The position numbers and the translations under genes were made by a program. A model generated the notes under the pieces. That model saw only the letters and a list, made by a program, of their open reading frames with translations. It was not told the origin of the DNA and ran no database searches. Shown here in pieces: positions 11,101-20,395 of a stretch of 64,000 nucleotides of DNA. Within the stretch, counting starts at the first letter, position 1. Every line of letters begins with the position of its first letter. This DNA is from Gammaproteobacteria bacterium (GTDB lineage: Bacteria; Pseudomonadota; Gammaproteobacteria; Steroidobacterales; Steroidobacteraceae): positions 4,113 to 68,112 of the forward strand of contig JANLTW010000160.1 in the NCBI GenBank assembly GCA_031363155.1, in the 5' to 3' direction.

Positions 11101-12997
11101 GCAGGACTTCACCGTGGCCGGCGTCGGCGACATGGCCGGCGACGTTTTCGGCAACGGCATGCTGTTGTCGAAACACATCTGCCTGCAGGCGGCCTTCAAC
11201 CACCAGCATATTTTCCTCGACCCGGCACCGGACGCCGCGCGCTCGTTTGCCGAACGCGAGCGACTCTTCAACCTGCCCAGATCCAGCTGGGATGACTACG
11301 ACCGCAAGCTGCTATCGCGCGGCGGCGGCATCTTTGCGCGCAGTGCCAAGACTATTCCCCTGTCCAACGAGGCGCAGGTCATGTTAGGTCTGGGGGCCAG
11401 CGCGGCGCCCAACGTTGTGATCCACGGCATTCTCGGCATGCAAGTCGACTTGCTGTGGAACGGCGGCATCGGCACCTATGTCAAGGCCAGCACTGAAAGT
11501 CATCAGGATGCCCGCGACCGCGCCAATGATGCGGTGCGCATCGACGGCGGCAAGCTGCGTGCCCGCGTCGTTGGCGAGGGCGGCAACCTCGGCTTTTCGC
11601 AGCGTGGCCGGGTCGAGTACGCACTGGCCGGTGGTCGCATCAACACCGACTTCATCGACAACTCGGCCGGCGTAAACACCTCGGACCTGGAGGTCAATCT
11701 CAAGATCCTGCTGAGCCCCGAGGAACGCGCCGGCCGGTTGAAACGTCGCGATCGCGACTCTTTGTTAGCCAGGATGACCGACGAGGTCGCGGCGCAGGTG
11801 CTGCGCAACAATTACCTGCAGAGCCAGGCGATCAGCACGCTGGAAGCGCAGGCGACACGGCGCATGGCCGAACTGCAGTACCTGATTCGCAGCATGGAGC
11901 GGGCCGGAGAACTCGATCGTGCGCTCGAGTACCTGCCCGACGATGAGAGCATCGCCGAGCGCCGCAAGCAGGGACTCGGATTCACGCGCCCGGAGCTCGC
12001 GGTTTTGTTAGCCTACAGCAAGATCTCGCTCAACAACCAGCTGCTGGATTCAGACGTTCCCGAGGACAGCTACCTTGGCAACGAACTGGAGCGTTATTTC
12101 GCCGACCCGATACGCCGACGGTTTGCGCGCGCCATCGGCAAACACCGCCTGCGCCGTGAAATCATCGCGACCGCGGCGACTAACAGCCTGGTGAATCGCA
12201 TGGGACCGAGTTTTGTGCTGCGTGCGCAGGACGATACCGGCGCGACGCCGGCGGAAATTACCCGCGCCTACTCGATCGCGCGCGAGGCCTTTGGCATGCG
12301 CGCGCAATGGGCCCGGATCGAGGAGCTGGATAACCGCATTCCGGCGCCGGTGCAGTACGGCATGATGGCCGAGACCAGCCGCATACTGCGCCACAGTACC
12401 TACTGGCTGCTGCGCGAGCGGCGCAGCGAGCTCGCCATCGAGGCGCGTGTCAGGGAATTTGCCGAGCCTCTGGCACGTCTCGCCCGGACGCTCGACAAGT
12501 CGCTGGCCGGTATCGATCGCGAGCACCAGCAACAGTCATTGGCGATACTGCACAAGGCCGGAGTGCCAAAAGAGCTCGCTGGTTTCATGGCCAATATCGA
12601 GGCGCTCGGCTCGGCCTGGGACATTGCCGAACTGGCCGCCCAAAACCACGGCAAGATCGAGGACACCGCCAGCATCTGGTTCCGTTGCGGCGCCGGTCTG
12701 GGCCTCGACTGGTTGCGCTCCGAAATCGAACGCATGCCAGTGGATGGCCAGTGGCAGGCGGTGGCGCGCTCGGGTTTGCGGGACGCCGCAGCCAAGCTGC
12801 AACGCAGCCTGAGCGGTCGCGCGCTCACGCATCGGTCCCGCGGCACTGCGGATCAGCGAATCGCCAGTTGGCTAACAAGCCTGGGCGCGTCACTGACCGT
12901 ATGGCAGCGCACGCTGAAGGACATACGCGGCAGCGGCAACGCTGATTTCGCGACCTTGTCGGTGGGCGTGGACGCATTGCGCAGACTCGCTGGCTGA
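8177..12997 (+). CDS. gdhB: NAD-specific glutamate dehydrogenase, large (about 180 kDa) class
   Basis: A continuous ORF of more than 1600 aa. Its central catalytic region ([48 protein letters not shown]) is characteristic of the large NAD-GDH family. I prefer the GTG at 8177 (GGGAG lies 8 nt upstream) over the track start at 8111. Confidence 0.85.
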   Translation: [1606 protein letters not shown]

Positions 12998-13010
12998 CGC
13001 GGACCGCCAA

Positions 13011-13047
13011 TCGTGCCAAGCCCAGTCGTGCCAAGCCCAGTCGTGCG
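13011..13047. repeat. Direct tandem duplication of a 15-bp unit (2 copies plus a 7-bp partial copy)
   Basis: TCGTGCCAAGCCCAG occurs at 13011-13025 and again at 13026-13040, followed by TCGTGCG. It lies just after the gdh stop, at or upstream of the GT2 start. Confidence 0.9.
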
Positions 13048-13852
13048 CGGGAATGGGCCGGTCCTGAGCCTGATAGTCACCACTTACCAGCGCCCCGACG
13101 CGCTGGCGGCGGTGCTTGCGACCGCGATCGCGCAGCGGGAATCTCCGGCGGAAATCCTGGTAGCCGATGACGGCTCCAGCGACAGCACGGCGGATGTGGT
13201 ACGCGCCGCCAGCCGCCAAAGCGCAGTCCCGGTGCGGCATCTGTGGCAGGAACACCAGGGCTTTCGCCTGACACGCTCACGCAACATGGCGATCCATGCG
13301 GCACAGGGCGACTACCTCGTGTTGGTGGACGGCGACATGCTGCTGCACCCGCACTTCGTCGCCGATCATCGGCGATTCGCAAAAGTCGGTCACTACACCC
13401 AGGGCGTGCGCATGCTGCTGGATGAGTCACGCACGCGGGAACTGCTGGCGGCACCGCTGACCGTGCCGACCGCAGGCAGCGCGGGTCTCGGCGGCCTGCG
13501 CCGCCTGTATGCATTGCACGCGCCGCGAGCGTCTGTCCGCCTGCGCACGATTGCTAACACGCTGATCGCCATCAAGGGCTGCAACCAGGGTTTCTGGCGC
13601 CGGGATCTGTGCGCGGTCAATGGCTTCAACGAAGAAATCACCGGCTGGGGTCCGGAGGACAAGGAACTGTGCGCACGCCTGGAATTCAGCGGCATCCGGC
13701 GCCAGAGCCTGTTGTTCGGCGGCATCGCCTTTCACCTGCGCCACCCGGGTGCCGCGCGCGAGCGCCGGGCAGCTAACGAAGCCGTGTATGGCGCCACCCT
13801 GCAAAACCGGTCGCGCCGCTGCGCTCATGGCCTGGACGGCCATGCCGACTGA
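13013..13852 (+). CDS. Family 2 glycosyltransferase
   Basis: LSLIVTTYQRPDALAAVL..ILVADDGSSDST and GDYLVLVDGDM (a DxD-like motif) are present. The true start may be the in-frame GTG at 13043, after the tandem repeat. Confidence 0.75.
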   Translation: MPSPVVPSPVVRGNGPVLSLIVTTYQRPDALAAVLATAIAQRESPAEILVADDGSSDSTADVVRAASRQSAVPVRHLWQEHQGFRLTRSRNMAIHAAQGDYLVLVDGDMLLHPHFVADHRRFAKVGHYTQGVRMLLDESRTRELLAAPLTVPTAGSAGLGGLRRLYALHAPRASVRLRTIANTLIAIKGCNQGFWRRDLCAVNGFNEEITGWGPEDKELCARLEFSGIRRQSLLFGGIAFHLRHPGAARERRAANEAVYGATLQNRSRRCAHGLDGHAD

Positions 13853-13916
13853 GAGCTCCCGGCACGGGCGCCAATGTTAGAATTGCGGCGCACCTGATTC
13901 TGGAGAGACCTGCGGC

Positions 13917-14669
<753 letters not shown>

Positions 14670-14684
14670 GCCGTATTTGTCAGC

Positions 14685-15329
14685 CTAGCCGTCTTTGAGC
14701 ACGCGGCCGGCAAGATCCGTCAGCATCGTCTCGATACGGCGCCAGTCGCTGTCGCGATCCAGTTTCAGCCCGTAATACTCCGGCACCGAACCCGCGCGCA
14801 TCGACAGATAGGTCAGCGCCGCGGTCACAAAAAATGACAACTCAAAGGCCCGCTCGCTGTCAGTCGCGCCGCTCGCCATGACGAACTCACGCATCTCGCG
14901 GCCGAACTTGGCACGCATCGCATCCAGCGTCGCGGTCATCGCCGAGCGCCGCAGCAACTCGACCGCTAACAACTCGCAGGTACGCGGCCGGCTGCGAAGT
15001 GCCCGGGCGTAGGCAAGGGCCGCGCGTACATGCCGATCGGCCTGGGATACCCCGCGGCCGTCCGTAGACGGATCGACGACGCCCGGCTTCGGCAGGAAAC
15101 TCTCGCGCTGCGACCAGGCGCGGGCCAAGCCGGTGAAATTACCGAAATAGCGATACAGCAGGCTTTTGCCGACGCCAGCTTCCTTGAGAACGGCGTTGAC
15201 GCCCAGTCCCTGGACACCATCGCGATTCCAGACTGTTTCAAAAGCCGCCAGCAGGCGGCCTTCGGTCTCCTCGCGGTCCGGCTTACGACGCCGCACGGCC
15301 AACGGCCCAGCCGTCGTAGCGGCCGCCAT
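14685..15329 (-). CDS. TetR/AcrR family transcriptional regulator
   Basis: 214-aa ORF with the HTH GVQGLGVNAVLKEAGVGKSLLYRYFGN. The start is uncertain because it overlaps the upstream gene by 47 nt. Confidence 0.75.
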   Translation of the reverse strand: MAAATTAGPLAVRRRKPDREETEGRLLAAFETVWNRDGVQGLGVNAVLKEAGVGKSLLYRYFGNFTGLARAWSQRESFLPKPGVVDPSTDGRGVSQADRHVRAALAYARALRSRPRTCELLAVELLRRSAMTATLDAMRAKFGREMREFVMASGATDSERAFELSFFVTAALTYLSMRAGSVPEYYGLKLDRDSDWRRIETMLTDLAGRVLKDG

Positions 15330-15699
15330 GCTCCTGCGCCAGCTGCCCGAGCTCCGCGGCCAGGGCCTTGATTGCGCCGACCGTCAGGTAGAGTTCACGG
15401 CTGACATGGACGCTGACCGGAAAATCCGCGGCGTCCGGTGTCGCATGCATATCGCCCTGCATACCCCGCGCCTTGAGCGCGTCCAGTAGTTTGTTAGCCG
15501 CCGCATCGTCCGGCAACGCCAGGAAAAAATCGACCGCATGTTGCCGGAAGGGATCGAGTCCATCGGCGCGCAGGCGCGTAATCAGATGTTCGTCGAAATC
15601 AACCGTGTGGTGCGCGTTTCTGGCCTTCTGCACCAGGTAGTAAATCCTGACCACCGCGAGGACCCCGGCGCCAATCAGCAGACCAAAAAACCATTTCAT
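15283..15699 (-). CDS. RraB-like (ribonuclease E inhibitor B fold) domain protein with an N-terminal TM helix
   Basis: 138-aa ORF. It has a hydrophobic N-terminus (MKWFFGLLIGAGVLAVV) followed by HAVDFFLALPDDAAANKLL..VSRELYLTVGAI..GGRYDGW, which resembles RraB-family proteins. Confidence 0.5.
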   Translation of the reverse strand: MKWFFGLLIGAGVLAVVRIYYLVQKARNAHHTVDFDEHLITRLRADGLDPFRQHAVDFFLALPDDAAANKLLDALKARGMQGDMHATPDAADFPVSVHVSRELYLTVGAIKALAAELGQLAQEHGGRYDGWAVGRAAS

Positions 15700-15705
15700 G
15701 GATAC

Positions 15706-16485
15706 CTAAAGGTAGCTTGGTTTGCGTTTGTCGAGGAAGGCCTGAATGCCCTCCTGACCCTCAGGCGTTGCCGCCTGGCTGGCAATCGTCCGGCCCTCGA
15801 GCGCCAGGTGAGTTTCCAGTGCGCCGGCCGACGCAGCTAACAATCGCTTGGCCTTGCCGACAGCATGCTTTGGGCCTGCGGCGAGTTTGTCTGCGAGCTT
15901 GAGCGCCTCGGTCAGCACCTCAGAATCGGCCACGACCTGATTGACCAGGCCCCAGGACAAGGCTTCCTCGGCGCCTAACAAACGGTTGGTCAGGATCAGT
16001 TCCATCGCCCGGCGATGCCCCACCAGCCGCGGCAGGAAAAAGGAGCTGCTGCAGTCCGGGGTCAGGGCCACGCCCGAGTAGGCCAGAGAAAACTTGCTGC
16101 TGCTGCCGCACACGCACAGGTCTGCGGCCGTCACCAGGCCAATGCCGCCACCCGCAGCGGTGCCATTGACCGCGGCTATGACCGGCGCGTCCATGCGCGC
16201 CAGATGAGAAATCGCCGCGTGCAGGAACGATGTCAGCTCACCCAGATAGGCATCGACCGCGCCGCCTTGCGCCATCATGCCGCGCAAATCGCCGCCGAAG
16301 CAGAAATGCTTGCCCGCGCCGGTGATGACGACGGCGCGAACTGCCGGGTTCGCCTCGAGCGCTACGACCGTGTCGAGCAGCTGCCGTCCCATGGCTACAT
16401 TCAGCACATTGGCGTTCTCGGGACGGTTCAGCGTCACCAGCGCCACCGCGCCGCGCTGCTCAACCAGGATTGTCGATTCAGACAT
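15706..16485 (-). CDS. Enoyl-CoA hydratase/isomerase (crotonase) family protein
   Basis: 259-aa ORF with LNRPENANVLN, VVITGAGKHFCFGGDL and AAVNGTAAGGG. Confidence 0.85.
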   Translation of the reverse strand: MSESTILVEQRGAVALVTLNRPENANVLNVAMGRQLLDTVVALEANPAVRAVVITGAGKHFCFGGDLRGMMAQGGAVDAYLGELTSFLHAAISHLARMDAPVIAAVNGTAAGGGIGLVTAADLCVCGSSSKFSLAYSGVALTPDCSSSFFLPRLVGHRRAMELILTNRLLGAEEALSWGLVNQVVADSEVLTEALKLADKLAAGPKHAVGKAKRLLAASAGALETHLALEGRTIASQAATPEGQEGIQAFLDKRKPSYL

Positions 16486-16495
16486 GGTCTGCGCC

Positions 16496-16810
16496 TTATT
16501 CGTCGGCAGCGATGATGACCCGCATGCCTGACAGTGCCTCGGTCATTTCGACCTGGCAGGAGAGGCGCGAGTTCGGTTTGTAATGTGTCAGCTCACTGAG
16601 CAGTTCGCGTTCGTCTGACATCGCGGCCGGCAACTTGCCCTGCCATGCGGGGTCAATGTAGATGTGGCAGGTCGCGCACGAACACATGCCGCCACAAATC
16701 GCGGCGACGCCGTAGTCCAGCTCACGCAGCGCCTCCATCACCTTCACGTCGGCTTTCGCCGTTACCGGGTGCTCGACCCCATCGCGATCGACAACTTTCA
16801 ACTCGGGCAT
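16496..16810 (-). CDS. [2Fe-2S] ferredoxin, adrenodoxin/putidaredoxin type
   Basis: The track ORF is trimmed to MPELKVVDRDGVEH... The cluster ligands are CGGMCSCATCH and ..SRLSCQV. Length is 104 aa. Confidence 0.85.
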   Translation of the reverse strand: MPELKVVDRDGVEHPVTAKADVKVMEALRELDYGVAAICGGMCSCATCHIYIDPAWQGKLPAAMSDERELLSELTHYKPNSRLSCQVEMTEALSGMRVIIAADE

Positions 16811-16932
16811 TGAGATTCCTGTCTTTTCATCGGGTTGCATACGATACAGCAGCACCACCGGGGCGCGCTGCGGGCGTAGTTTGCCTAGATTGCCGCGCCG
16901 CTGCCAGCGCAAAGACGCCCGCAAACCGCGGC

Positions 16933-17775
16933 TCAGTCCACCGCTGCGAGCGGCAACCGTTCCGCGCGCCAAAGGTCATTCAACAGCACGAACAGCTCGC
17001 GCGCCGCCTGCAGTTGCTGCCAGTTCGTGTCGCTGTGGCGTCCCGCCGCGCGGATCAATTGCAGGCCCAGGCGCTCATCCGGCGGCAGCGGCGCCAGCAG
17101 TGAAGCCAGGTCCCAGATGGGGTCGCCGAGACCGGCATACTCCCAGTCGAGCAGCACCCATGCTCCGCCAGCTAACAAATTGCCGGCATGCAGATCCAGG
17201 TGCAGGAGCGACACCGGGCGCTGCCGATTCTGGATGACCGCGACCCTTGCACAGGCCTCGCGCATGCGCACCGCCAGTTGAGCGTGAGCTGCGAACTCGG
17301 CCCGCAGCTGCACACGACTCCAGCGCAACTGCAAATGACGCAGGATATCGAACTGCCAGTCAGCCCGGGCCGCCCAGGCGCGTGGCACCGGGATCTGATG
17401 CAAGTCACCCAGGCGCTGCGCGACCCGCTGCAGGTATGCGGGTTGCGCAAAATCGGCGCCGGTCGCAACCACGCCGCGCAGCCACTCCGAGATTTCAATG
17501 CGGCTGCTGAGATCGATGGTCACGATGCGGGGCGCGAGTCCGTGCTGTGCCGCAAGATCTTGCAGTTCCTGCATGCGCCGCAAATCGACCGCGGCGTCTT
17601 GATGCCGGTGTTGCTTCGCGACCCAGCTCCCCTGCGAGGTCGACACGCGCCAGACCTCGCCGCCACTGCCGTGCCCGAGCTCATAGCACTCTAACAAGGG
17701 ACTGCCGGAGCGCCAGCCCGGCACCAGCCGCCGCCAATCGCCCATCACGCCGGCGCACTCCGCCATCGCAGCCAC
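16933..17775 (-). CDS. APH/choline-kinase family phosphotransferase, thiamine-kinase-like by context
   Basis: 280-aa ORF with the catalytic loop LLHLDLHAGNLL and WVLLDWEYAG. It is the last gene of the riboswitch-headed operon. Confidence 0.65.
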   Translation of the reverse strand: MAAMAECAGVMGDWRRLVPGWRSGSPLLECYELGHGSGGEVWRVSTSQGSWVAKQHRHQDAAVDLRRMQELQDLAAQHGLAPRIVTIDLSSRIEISEWLRGVVATGADFAQPAYLQRVAQRLGDLHQIPVPRAWAARADWQFDILRHLQLRWSRVQLRAEFAAHAQLAVRMREACARVAVIQNRQRPVSLLHLDLHAGNLLAGGAWVLLDWEYAGLGDPIWDLASLLAPLPPDERLGLQLIRAAGRHSDTNWQQLQAARELFVLLNDLWRAERLPLAAVD

Positions 17776-18341
17776 CAGCTGCGCAGGCCGACAATTGCGA
17801 TCGCCGCGTAGACCCCATAGAGCACCGCCGCCAACTGCAATCCCTGTGCGCTATAGAGCAGCATCGAACTCAAATCAATCACAACCCAGTAGGCCCAGTT
17901 TTCCAGCTTGGAAGCAGCCGTCATCCAAGTCGCGAGGTAACTCGCTAACATGATTGCAGTGTCGAGTCGCGGCCAGGCTGCCTGGGTGTAGCGCGCGAGC
18001 CAGGGCGCGACCAGCAGGCACAGGACTGCGATGCTCATCAGGCTGAGCAGGTGCCAGCGCAGCGGCCAGGTTGTTATCCGCGGACTTGCCGCGCCGGTTG
18101 TGCAACGGCTCCAGGACCAGAAGCCGTAGCTCGAAAACGCCACATAGCTGGCCTGCATGATCGCCTGCATCGGCAGCTGCTGCCGGGATGCCAGCCAGGC
18201 TAACAACGCGGAACTGACGGCGCCGGACACCCAGCACCAGCGGCTGTGCCGCACCGCCAGCACCGCATAGCCAATGCCGGTGAGCAAGGCCAGGGCTTCC
18301 AGACCACTGACGGCCTGAAACTGCTGTAGCAAAGCTGTCAT
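17745..18341 (-). CDS. PnuC-family vitamin transporter (PnuT-like by context)
   Basis: 198-aa polytopic membrane ORF with W-rich helices typical of PnuC. Its start shares an ATGA overlap with the receptor stop. Confidence 0.7.
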   Translation of the reverse strand: MTALLQQFQAVSGLEALALLTGIGYAVLAVRHSRWCWVSGAVSSALLAWLASRQQLPMQAIMQASYVAFSSYGFWSWSRCTTGAASPRITTWPLRWHLLSLMSIAVLCLLVAPWLARYTQAAWPRLDTAIMLASYLATWMTAASKLENWAYWVVIDLSSMLLYSAQGLQLAAVLYGVYAAIAIVGLRSWWLRWRSAPA

Positions 18342-20392
18342 GGGCGCTGGCTGAAGCGGTAACTCACCGTGAGCCCGACCTGGCGCGGGTCGGACTGCTG
18401 CAGATAGAGTTTCTCGGGAAAATCCGGCGGCTCATTGCCGAAGAAGAAACCGCGTTGCGCGTAGCGCTCGTGCAACACGTTTTTCAGCCACAGCGACCCG
18501 GACCAGACGCCGCGCTCAATGCCCAGCTTCAGGTTGAGCAGCGTGTACGGCGTCGACACCTGGGCATGGCTGTCGGAGAAAAAAAAACGCGCGACCTGCT
18601 GCACGTCGGCATGCATGAACCAGCCCTGCGGCTGCCGCCAGTCGAGGCTGACCGAGAGCTGCTCGCGCGGCGCATGTTCCTGATCGCGGCCATCGGCGCG
18701 TCGCGCGCGCAGCAGTCCTAACGAACCCGAGAGACTCAGGCGTTGCGTCAGCTGCCAGCGACCCTCGGCTTCCAGCCCGTCGTTGCGGCCGCGGCCTTTG
18801 TTAGTGGTGAGGTACAGGAACGACAGCGGGTCGGCCGGATCGAGTTGCAACGAGGTGGCAACCTGCTGCTCGCGCCGCCGCATCGCAAACAGCGCGAGGC
18901 GCAGCAGCCGGCGGCCGTCGCCGCTCGCAGCGCTCAAGCCGGTTTCGGCGCTCCACAGAAATTCCGGGCCATAGCCGCGCTGCGACGCTGGCACGGCCGC
19001 GCCGATATTGAAGCCACCCGCCTTGTAACCGCGTGCCAGGCTGGCATACCAGCGCCATGCCGCGCTTGCGCTGCCGCCGCCCCAGGTATGTGCGAGGCTC
19101 AGCTGCCCGCCGCTCATGCGGTCGCGAGGCTGGTAGCGGGTGGCGTCGGAATCCTGGTAGCGGGCGCTGCGCTGTTCGCGCCGCAGGCCCAGTGTCAGCC
19201 GCGTGGCTGGCGACCAGTCAAACTCCAGCTGCCCGTAGGCCGCAAGGTGGTCTGCGCGATAATCACTTGTTAGCTCGCGATACACAGCGCCATTGTAAAG
19301 GTCCAGCTGCGCCAGCGATTCCTGCAGATTCTGTCCGTACAGTCCCAGCACCCAGCATGGCGCACAGCCGCCGCCTGCCGCGGACAGCCAGCGCAGGTCC
19401 TGACTGACAACCCGATGGACGCGATCGATGTCCGAGGTAAAGTCGTTATCCGGCGCCGCGGTCCAGTCGCCGTCAAAGCCATAGACGATGCGGGAATCAG
19501 CCAGCGCGCTGACACTGCGCAGGCTGGAGCCGTTGCGTAATTCGTGTTCCAGCACCGCCGCTGCGCCCAGGGAGCGCTGCGCGTCACGGCCCGGTTTATC
19601 CGAGCGCGTGTTACGGGAATTATCGAGCGCAAAGGCGTCGTAACCGTTGTCGAGATCCGCCCACAGACCAGTCAACGCCAGCCGCGTGCGTGCGCCCATG
19701 CGGTAGTGCAACTTGCCGCGCGCAAAAGTTTCGTCATAGCCGTTGGTATCGTCCCGCTGCAGGCTCAGATTGCGCCGAAATCCATCGCTGCGATGGCGCT
19801 GCACGCTCAACCGACCTAACAAGTCCGGCGATCCAAGCGGGCCACTGACCAGTCCGGCAATCGAGCGGGTTGCAAAGTCACCTGCGGTCAGCTGCAGTGC
19901 GGACTCGAACGCCGCGGTCGGCTCACGTCCCTTGAGCGCAATCAGGCCCGCCAATGCGTTGGCGCCATAGCTTGTGCCCTGCGGTCCACGCAACACCTCG
20001 ACCTGTCCGAGGTCAAAACTGCCCGCCGGCATGCCGACACCGGAAAAATCGATGTCATCGATCAGGAACCCAACTGAAGAATTGGGCGCGCCCTGCCACT
20101 GTTCGGTCTCACCGACGCCGCGCAGCTGGAAATAACGCGGCCGCGATGTGCCACTGGCCCAGTTGAGGTTGGGCACCAGCAGCAACAGGTCCTGCAGGTG
20201 TTCGGTGCCGGACCGGGCCAGGCTCGTCGCGTCCAGCACGGTCACGCTATTGGGCAATTGCAGCAACGGAACTCTGCGCAAGCTGGCGGTAACCAACACC
20301 TCAGCCAGCGGTGCATCGTCCGCGGCACCGGCGCCCGAGGGCAGGCCGAGTGGCAACAAGAGACCAATGAAAACGTGTGTGTACTTGCTCAT
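18338..20392 (-). CDS. TonB-dependent outer-membrane receptor
   Basis: 684-aa ORF with a signal peptide, a plug region (VLVTASLRRVPLLQLPNSVTVLD..FQLRGVG) and a long beta-barrel. It lies immediately downstream of the THI element. Confidence 0.85.
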   Translation of the reverse strand: MSKYTHVFIGLLLPLGLPSGAGAADDAPLAEVLVTASLRRVPLLQLPNSVTVLDATSLARSGTEHLQDLLLLVPNLNWASGTSRPRYFQLRGVGETEQWQGAPNSSVGFLIDDIDFSGVGMPAGSFDLGQVEVLRGPQGTSYGANALAGLIALKGREPTAAFESALQLTAGDFATRSIAGLVSGPLGSPDLLGRLSVQRHRSDGFRRNLSLQRDDTNGYDETFARGKLHYRMGARTRLALTGLWADLDNGYDAFALDNSRNTRSDKPGRDAQRSLGAAAVLEHELRNGSSLRSVSALADSRIVYGFDGDWTAAPDNDFTSDIDRVHRVVSQDLRWLSAAGGGCAPCWVLGLYGQNLQESLAQLDLYNGAVYRELTSDYRADHLAAYGQLEFDWSPATRLTLGLRREQRSARYQDSDATRYQPRDRMSGGQLSLAHTWGGGSASAAWRWYASLARGYKAGGFNIGAAVPASQRGYGPEFLWSAETGLSAASGDGRRLLRLALFAMRRREQQVATSLQLDPADPLSFLYLTTNKGRGRNDGLEAEGRWQLTQRLSLSGSLGLLRARRADGRDQEHAPREQLSVSLDWRQPQGWFMHADVQQVARFFFSDSHAQVSTPYTLLNLKLGIERGVWSGSLWLKNVLHERYAQRGFFFGNEPPDFPEKLYLQQSDPRQVGLTVSYRFSQRP

Positions 20393-20395
20393 TTA

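Noticed and set aside
13011-13047. Possibility that the short tandem repeats (13011-13047 and 22431-22469) are CRISPR or minisatellite arrays
   Set aside because: There are only about 2.5 directly abutting units with no spacers and no cas genes. This is not CRISPR architecture.
13853-13916. Hairpin GCGCC-N14-GGCGC after the GT2 gene as an intrinsic terminator
   Set aside because: The stem is only 5 bp, the loop is 14 nt (and contains a GTTAG copy), and no U-tract follows. It is not convincing.
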